A stretch of DNA of 64,000 nt, taken from contig JALAGF010000347.1 of the NCBI GenBank assembly GCA_030167865.1, positions 1-64,000 of the forward strand, given 5' to 3'. Numbering within the stretch: the first letter of the stretch is position 1; each line of letters begins with the position of its first letter. A program made the translations under genes and the position numbers. This document shows, in pieces, positions 58,001 through 64,000 of the stretch. The notes below the pieces were generated by a model that saw nothing but the letters and a program-made list of their open reading frames with translations, did not search any database and was not told the DNA's origin. This DNA comes from Craspedostauros australis (Eukaryota).

Positions 58001-60132
58001 TTCACTGTTGTTGTTGTCGTCGTCGTCGTCGTCGTCGTCGTCGCTGTGAGGTTGGAGTGCTGCTGATGTGGACAATTGTTGGGTTGCGATGCTTTTGGCA
58101 TCATCATTTTCGAGACGGAGCAGAGCTGTGATGCACCAGAAGTCACATCGTATCCTGCGTGCCGCATTCGCATGCTGACTTGTTGCGGTTGGTCAACACA
58201 GATTGGGAACAGCCAGTAGGTATGCGAGATGGTTTGGTGCTGCTTGAGATTGCCGTTTCGAACAATGACATTGCCGTCATCGTTGAGGCTCTTCATGTTG
58301 GATTGTTGAAGTAGCTGGGTCATGTGTTGACAACGCTGGATTCTGGTATGGACGCTACGCAGAACCCCTTCTCGCTGTGCTTGCTGCAGTCGACGCCGGA
58401 GCAACAGGAGCTGAGCCAGGCACGGCTGTTTCCGAACATGCTTCGTGAAGTGCTGTGCATCGTCCGTTCGAAAATTCCGAATACTGGATGTGATTAGGAC
58501 GTCGACATCAATTCGCACGGCGTTGCATACATGTACCAATATTCCGAACAGAGACGGTGATGATGCGATGACCGTCACCAGGGCCGATTTCACGACTTTT
58601 GCGAAATACTCCGTCGTGGATTGCCGCTGATAAAAGGACGATTGTAGTCGGTCCATGGAAACTGCGTCCGCTTGATTCTTGACAACGGCAATGCCTCCAC
58701 CGATGGCCGTGGCAGTTTTGATCGTGCCGAAGGAAAAGAAGCAGGCGTCTGCGAATGCATGGCCGCGGTAGATGCAATCGTTTTGATCAGAACTCTGCCA
58801 TCGAGTTTGATACGGACTCATGCCCGTGAAGCATTCGGCACAATCCTCGAGGAGATCGAGTTGACGCCCATCGGCAAGCTTGCGTAGTTGTCGCCAATCC
58901 GATTCGGTGGTGGAGATCATGCCAAACGGATGTACGATGATGATTGCGACTGTTTTGGACGTGATAGCCGCTTGCACAGCCGCCACATCGACGCGGACCT
59001 TTGTTCTGTGTGGAATGTCGATGGGGACGCATCGTAGCTGATGGTACTGGATGACCTTCATCATTCCTGGGACAGTGATGGGAGGCACGATGATGATCTC
59101 TGCATCCTGCGTATATTGCTTGGACATGAGGTAGAGATCGAGCAGGGATCGAACGGAGAGGCCCGAAATGACATGCCGAGTTTCGTTCATGTTCTGTTGC
59201 CAGATGCGTTGGATGGATGCTGTTATCTGCTTGGATTGTGACCGAACTGGGTTGTGGATGAAATTGAAGTACGACCGGATGCAGTGCCAAACAACGAAGA
59301 CGAGATCGATGGTTCGAATGTCAATGCGCCCACGAGGCAGGATGGGTTTGATCCCGAGGCGGTCCATAACCCATTGACTGATCCATGACATCATCGCCGT
59401 TGCTGCTGTTGCTGCTGTTGTTGGTAATGTTGCTGATGCTGCTTCTGTTTGAACTGGCAACTGCAGTGGAAAGGGAGGCTGAGTTCGATTCTGACTTTGG
59501 CCTTGTAGATGTTGAGGTTGCGCTCGTGCTGTTGGTCGGAGCGTGGCGGAATGAGTTGCAGGTCTTGAGCTGGCATCGTCCTGCTGCTGTGGTTGCTGTT
59601 GTTGATCACAATCATCGTCATTGTCATCGTCATCTTCAAATTCGCCGTCGTTGTTGGTGTCGTCAATGTCATCGCTGTTGATGGACTGCAGATAGGATTG
59701 GAACAAGCGTCGGCAATGATTGCCTGTTCGGTTATTCTTCGTCGCCACGAGCTTGATGTAATTGATCATCGCCTCCTCTGCGAGTTGCGTGCTGCAAGAT
59801 AGCCATTCCTTGTACTTTGCTCTGGCCACGACGTTGAACACAGAGGGCATGCTGTCATTGGGACACGGGCCGTCCTTGACGAGCTTGTAGAGAGCGTACA
59901 ACCGAAGCTTTTCATCCGTTGTAACATCGTCGCCTTCGATGGAGGACGGTGGAGCGTTGCGCACCTGCGACACCACCTCATCGAATAAGGCTTGCAGCCG
60001 GTTGATCGTCGCTTTGCTCCTCCTGTTCATCAAGCCATCATCGTGCTGACCAATACGGGTGCCAGCATCGTTGCCCGTGTCATTTACTGGTGATTTGCCA
60101 TCGTCGAGATCTGCGGATTCATTGAACGACAT
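52090..60132 (-). CDS. Giant multifunctional ether-lipid synthase: ACBP - DegT-type PLP enzyme - TM - fatty acyl-CoA reductase - DHAP acyltransferase - alkyl-DHAP synthase; exons 60132-55162 and 54780-52090 (about 2550 aa)
   Basis: ACBP: KLRLYALYK..ARAKYKEW..AMINYI. DegT: VHPFG, LLEDCAE, FSFGTIKTATAIGGG. FAR: LTGATGFVG, HCAASVSF, NTYTFSK, RPSIVG. Acyltransferase: PTHRSFFD, FIEGKRSR. AGPS: WGFGDS, RIPDVV, PVGGGTNV, GHEPDSYEFSTLGGW, GSEGCLGVIT, HHHGIGK. Phase-0 intron GTGAGT(55161)...ACCAG(54781). Confidence 0.85.
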
Positions 60133-62299
60133 TGCGAGAGCTGCGCCCAATCGTCGTCACGCAAGGCAAGAGCAGAGAAGAGCACGAGCGATCTCCTGAT
60201 GTATGGTAAACAGTCGCACGTAAATGAGGGTTGATGGACGTCGTCGTACAGGTTTCACGTCGAGTAGTTGTATGTGTGGTATGGTATTGTATTAGTATCG
60301 TATGGAATGTATGCTTGTTGGTTGGCACCACGCCTGCGGATGAGGCCGGTGTTGTTGTCAGCGTACTCGTATAGTAGGTAGCAAGAAGAAGTCTCTCTTT
60401 CTGCTGTTCTTGCTCTTGCTCTTGCTCTTACTCTTGCCCGCGACCATGATCGCAGTCGAGAGGGGAACCAACCACGATGACGACGATGACGAAGACGGTG
60501 ATGGCGGCAACGTTGTCTTGTTGGTGTCACTTTCCGCGATGGTTGGTGCCCACGAAGGAAAATCCAAAATCGTGGACTGACACCGGATGAAAAATGTGCA
60601 CCCATCACAAAGCGTGTGTCAAACACATGCCCACGACTCGCTTGCCACCACCAATCAATTCCTTCGCCATCTCCTCTCAGTCGTGCTTGCTCGATAGAAA
60701 AAACCATCTAATCGGCTGAATCGAAGAACTTGCCCATCGCAAGTTCAACGCTTCCGGCTCTTTCGGAGAAATTTGTATCGATTATTCAAGCGTTAATATT
60801 GAATACGGTATTGCATGTGTATCACATGGTTGCTGTTTCCCGAAAAGTGAAGTGTTGTTCTGACGTCAATCGTTTTGGCACCACGTATGCATGAGCATCC
60901 AATCAGAATTCAGTATTTGTCCATCGCACAATCTGCGATGCTGGCGATGTGTGCGCGGCGTACGTGTCGGCAAGAGCTCCACTTTTTGGCCTCGACACTC
61001 CTTCGCCAGTTCGCCGCCACGGCCAGATCGTCATCGTGTTTTTGCGTCGCTGATGCGATCAGACGCTGCGACACGCACGCACAAGCACATGCGTGATTTT
61101 GCTGGGTGGGTGGCAATCTTCCGAGACACTGAGAGAGATGATGACCTCGTCAACTGCTTCCGCAGGCACCCTTGCTTTCCCAGTCGTCAATTTCAACCAA
61201 CCCAACCAAGGCCAAACACACAGACGCAGACGCAGAACAACCAGGCAGAACAAGTACCAACAAACACGCCTTTCTCACTGCGTGACATCCACGCATACAC
61301 GTCCATGGTATGGAAGAGTGCACACATCACGATTAATCCACGTATTGCCAGCATTAACGGCGCTATTAGTACGTCCCACCACCGCGAGACAGCGTTGCAA
61401 TTGCTCTGCTCCACTTTCCTTTCCTCCGTAAAGCAATACCAATACTCCGCCCTCAAGTGCGACACCAACTCAACCAGAGGCGACGATTCACCACAACCAC
61501 CAAACCAAACCAAACCTCTCAGACAAAGACAAAGACAAAGGACAAACAGCACTACCACAACCTCAAGGCAACACCAACAAAACGACTGCGTCGCCTTCTT
61601 TCCATCACACGCATCCTCCGATCGGATAGATTCTCACAGCGCTCACAAAATCAAAACAACCGCACAATTGCACACCAACACGCCAACACGAGTTCCTCAC
61701 AACATTCTCACAACTCCATTCTCCCATCCATCATCTCAGAAGGCACACAAAAAACGAAAGAAGAAGACACAACAACGGCTCGAACTCGCGCTCCATCACA
61801 TCAGTTTTCCGATCAGGTGAGTTCTGACAACGTCGGCGTTCCTTGCGTGAAAGAAAAACATCAACTTCATTTTCCTTGCGAAGCCATCGAGAAGTGCCGT
61901 CATTGTGACGATTCCGTCTTGTGTTCCTACGTCATTCCGTCTCCGCACACGCAATCATCCATCAGACATGCCCCAGAAAACTCACACGAACATCAACCAT
62001 TCACTGCCCTGCTTGCACGCCCACTTCCATCTCTGCTCGCATGGCGCGTTGCCGACCGCCACCGCGATTCATTGCGTGATTGCATTGGCCCGCCATCGCC
62101 TCGCATCATCGCAAAAAAACATGCGACGTCTTTCCATGCCTCCACACCATCACAAACACACAACAACGCACCCTGACACGGATGAACAACGACCAACGAC
62201 CAACCCTTTACGCCACATCACACGGATACTCCAAACGAAACAAAGATACCAACCATACACACCAAACCCTCAGCCAAATTCAATCCAATCTAATTCGCA

Positions 62300-62764
62300 A
62301 TGATCTCCAGACAGAACATCCTCGCTTTGCTCTTCCTCTGCCTCTCCGTCTTCGCCTCTACAACAACGGCGCTCGTGGCACCATCTCCAATCCGCAGAAC
62401 GGCAGCAGCAACCTCGACCACCCTCGCCGCCACAGCACTCCAACGTCCTGCCGCAAGCACCGTCCTGGAACGATCGCAGCAGAAGCAGCGCCGCAATGAT
62501 TCCAACGAACAGCGCGTCGGCGGTGATGCCTGGGAGGTCCGAATTTACAACGATGGATTGAACACGAGGGAATACGTGGCGCGATCCCTGGTCAAGGTCG
62601 TCGGCATTTCCGAGCTCACCGCCTACCAGACCATGATGCAGGCGCACAAGAATGGTATCGCCGCCGTCGGACGATGGGCCTTCGAGGTTGCCGAACTGTA
62701 TCACGATGGTCTGCAAAAGAATGGCATCGTTTCCGATCTCGTTCCAGTCGACGAAAGCTCGTGA
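62300..62764 (+). CDS. clpS: Plastid-targeted ClpS-like adaptor protein
   Basis: Signal peptide plus transit-like region; WEVRIYNDGLNTREYVARSLVKV...AYQTMMQAHKNGIA...AELY. Confidence 0.88.
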   Translation: MISRQNILALLFLCLSVFASTTTALVAPSPIRRTAAATSTTLAATALQRPAASTVLERSQQKQRRNDSNEQRVGGDAWEVRIYNDGLNTREYVARSLVKVVGISELTAYQTMMQAHKNGIAAVGRWAFEVAELYHDGLQKNGIVSDLVPVDESS

Positions 62765-63509
62765 AGTATTTCATTCCCATCATTATCATCATCATGATGA
62801 GACAGGCAGACTCGCCAGAGAGACGGAGAAAGAGACGAGACGAGGCGAGTGATTGCGAGACGCTAAGGACTCAAGAGGACAGCGCTCTACCCCCAACATT
62901 CTCCCAAGAAGAGCAGCCAACCACATCAAACAACAATCCATCCACCCCACGTTCATGTACTCCTACAACGCACTGTTACTCTACACAAGACAACCACAAC
63001 ACCACATCTATCGCAGCCGCGATGAACATGTATATATAACCACACAATGCACAAGCAAAGCATAGCAAACCATCAAAGCACTAGGATTCCAATAAAATAC
63101 TATTATATTCTAGAATATAATGCAAGCAGACGATCCCTTGGAAAATCCAAGTCTGATACATTAGATTACCAACATAGGACTGGTACACTCAAGAACACCT
63201 TGTGGCGTCGTACTCGAGAACCATGTTCGTGTCGGAGTGGGTTGGCCATTCCGCAAAGCGCGGTTGGAGGACATGCAGAGTATTGGTAGTTCAAAGAAGC
63301 GAACCGTGCTCACTCGTATGGAGGAACGCCAAGAGGAAGGTGCAACATTCACTTTGCTTCTACCTTACACGTACCGTACTGCGCTGCATCGTGCATTGCC
63401 TGCGCTAGATACGCTGTGTCCTCAAATTATTCTTCGACTCTCTCCACAACTCTCGATCAGGACTTTCTCTCTGGAAAGTACTCCACTCTTCAGTTCAGTT
63501 CAGCTCAGC

Positions 63510-64000
63510 TTAGATTGCATTGTACGACGTCGACATAGATGCCGCGGAAGGCGACACGCCGTCGACGCCAAGCAGGGGTTGTTGCGAGGCGTACCCAACT
63601 CTGTTGGCAGGGGCTGCTGATGCCGCTGGTGCCATCGGCGTCATCATCGCAAAGGACCAATAACTTGAAGGTGCTGCCGCCGGCTGTTGCTGGTGGCGAT
63701 GGTAAAGAGCCTGCGATGCTCGTGCTTGCTGTGGTTGCTGGGTCGTCGCCAGTCCGGCAGGGCCACCAGCGGACGACACCATCACAGACTTCCGGTTCTT
63801 GTACATCCCACCGATGATCGAGCCGCTGTTCAGGATGCCGGTGCCGTACACGTCCAGCTTTTGGAATGCCGAGAACGTGGAGAGGATGTCATCCTCCGTC
63901 ACCTTGCCAAGTCTCACCAGCATCGCCAGCGCGAACATCTCCCTGGTGCATTCGTCCAGCCCGCTAGGACGCTGGGCACACAGATTCAACCGTCGGATCA
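63510..64000 (-). CDS. C-terminal part of a probable TPK/two-pore K+ channel with an EF-hand (partial; continues beyond the window)
   Basis: FALAMLVRLGKVTEDDI...FQKLDVYGTGILN resembles the EF-hand tail of TPK/KCO-type channels; the pore is not in the window. Confidence 0.6.
   Translation of the reverse strand, partial: IRRLNLCAQRPSGLDECTREMFALAMLVRLGKVTEDDILSTFSAFQKLDVYGTGILNSGSIIGGMYKNRKSVMVSSAGGPAGLATTQQPQQARASQALYHRHQQQPAAAPSSYWSFAMMTPMAPAASAAPANRVGYASQQPLLGVDGVSPSAASMSTSYNAI

Noticed and set aside
60255-62290. ORFs of 100-309 aa in the AC-rich region between the fusion gene and clpS
   Set aside because: Low-complexity Thr/Gln/His text with no domain signal or codon bias; an ATGATGA at ~61138 has no matching D box. 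Could be UTR or lncRNA but is unsupported.
47820-62764. Functional gene cluster of LCMT-GNAT, APR, the ether-lipid fusion and ClpS
   Set aside because: Different predicted compartments and pathways; adjacency in a compact genome is sufficient explanation.

Overview
Eukaryotic nuclear DNA, most likely from a diatom or other ochrophyte alga. Genes are compactly spaced, carry GT-AG introns of about 235-680 nt, and several encode bipartite plastid-targeting presequences of the ASAFAP type. About 23 protein genes can be built by hand-splicing: an LRR membrane protein, a VTT/DedA protein, a cyclophilin, eIF4A, MCM2, TM9SF, the stromal processing peptidase, CblD/MMADHC, a centrin-like protein, LRRC57-like, SGF11, CHMP5, an LCMT-GNAT fusion, an APR-B-type APS reductase, ClpS, the partial C-terminus of a K+ channel, and several unknowns. 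The standout is a two-exon gene on the minus strand (52090-60132, about 2550 aa). It appears to fuse an acyl-CoA-binding domain, a DegT-type PLP enzyme, a fatty acyl-CoA reductase, a DHAP acyltransferase and an alkyl-DHAP synthase, i.e. the committed ether-lipid pathway on one polypeptide. Also notable: a plastid-targeted protein of about 1280 aa with a long EEEARVKA helical rod and repeated SYLxxL motifs, a snR39B/SNORD2-like C/D snoRNA candidate in an eIF4A intron, and an IQ-motif protein with pore-less ion-channel-like segments. All identifications come from motif recognition by eye; no database searches were run.
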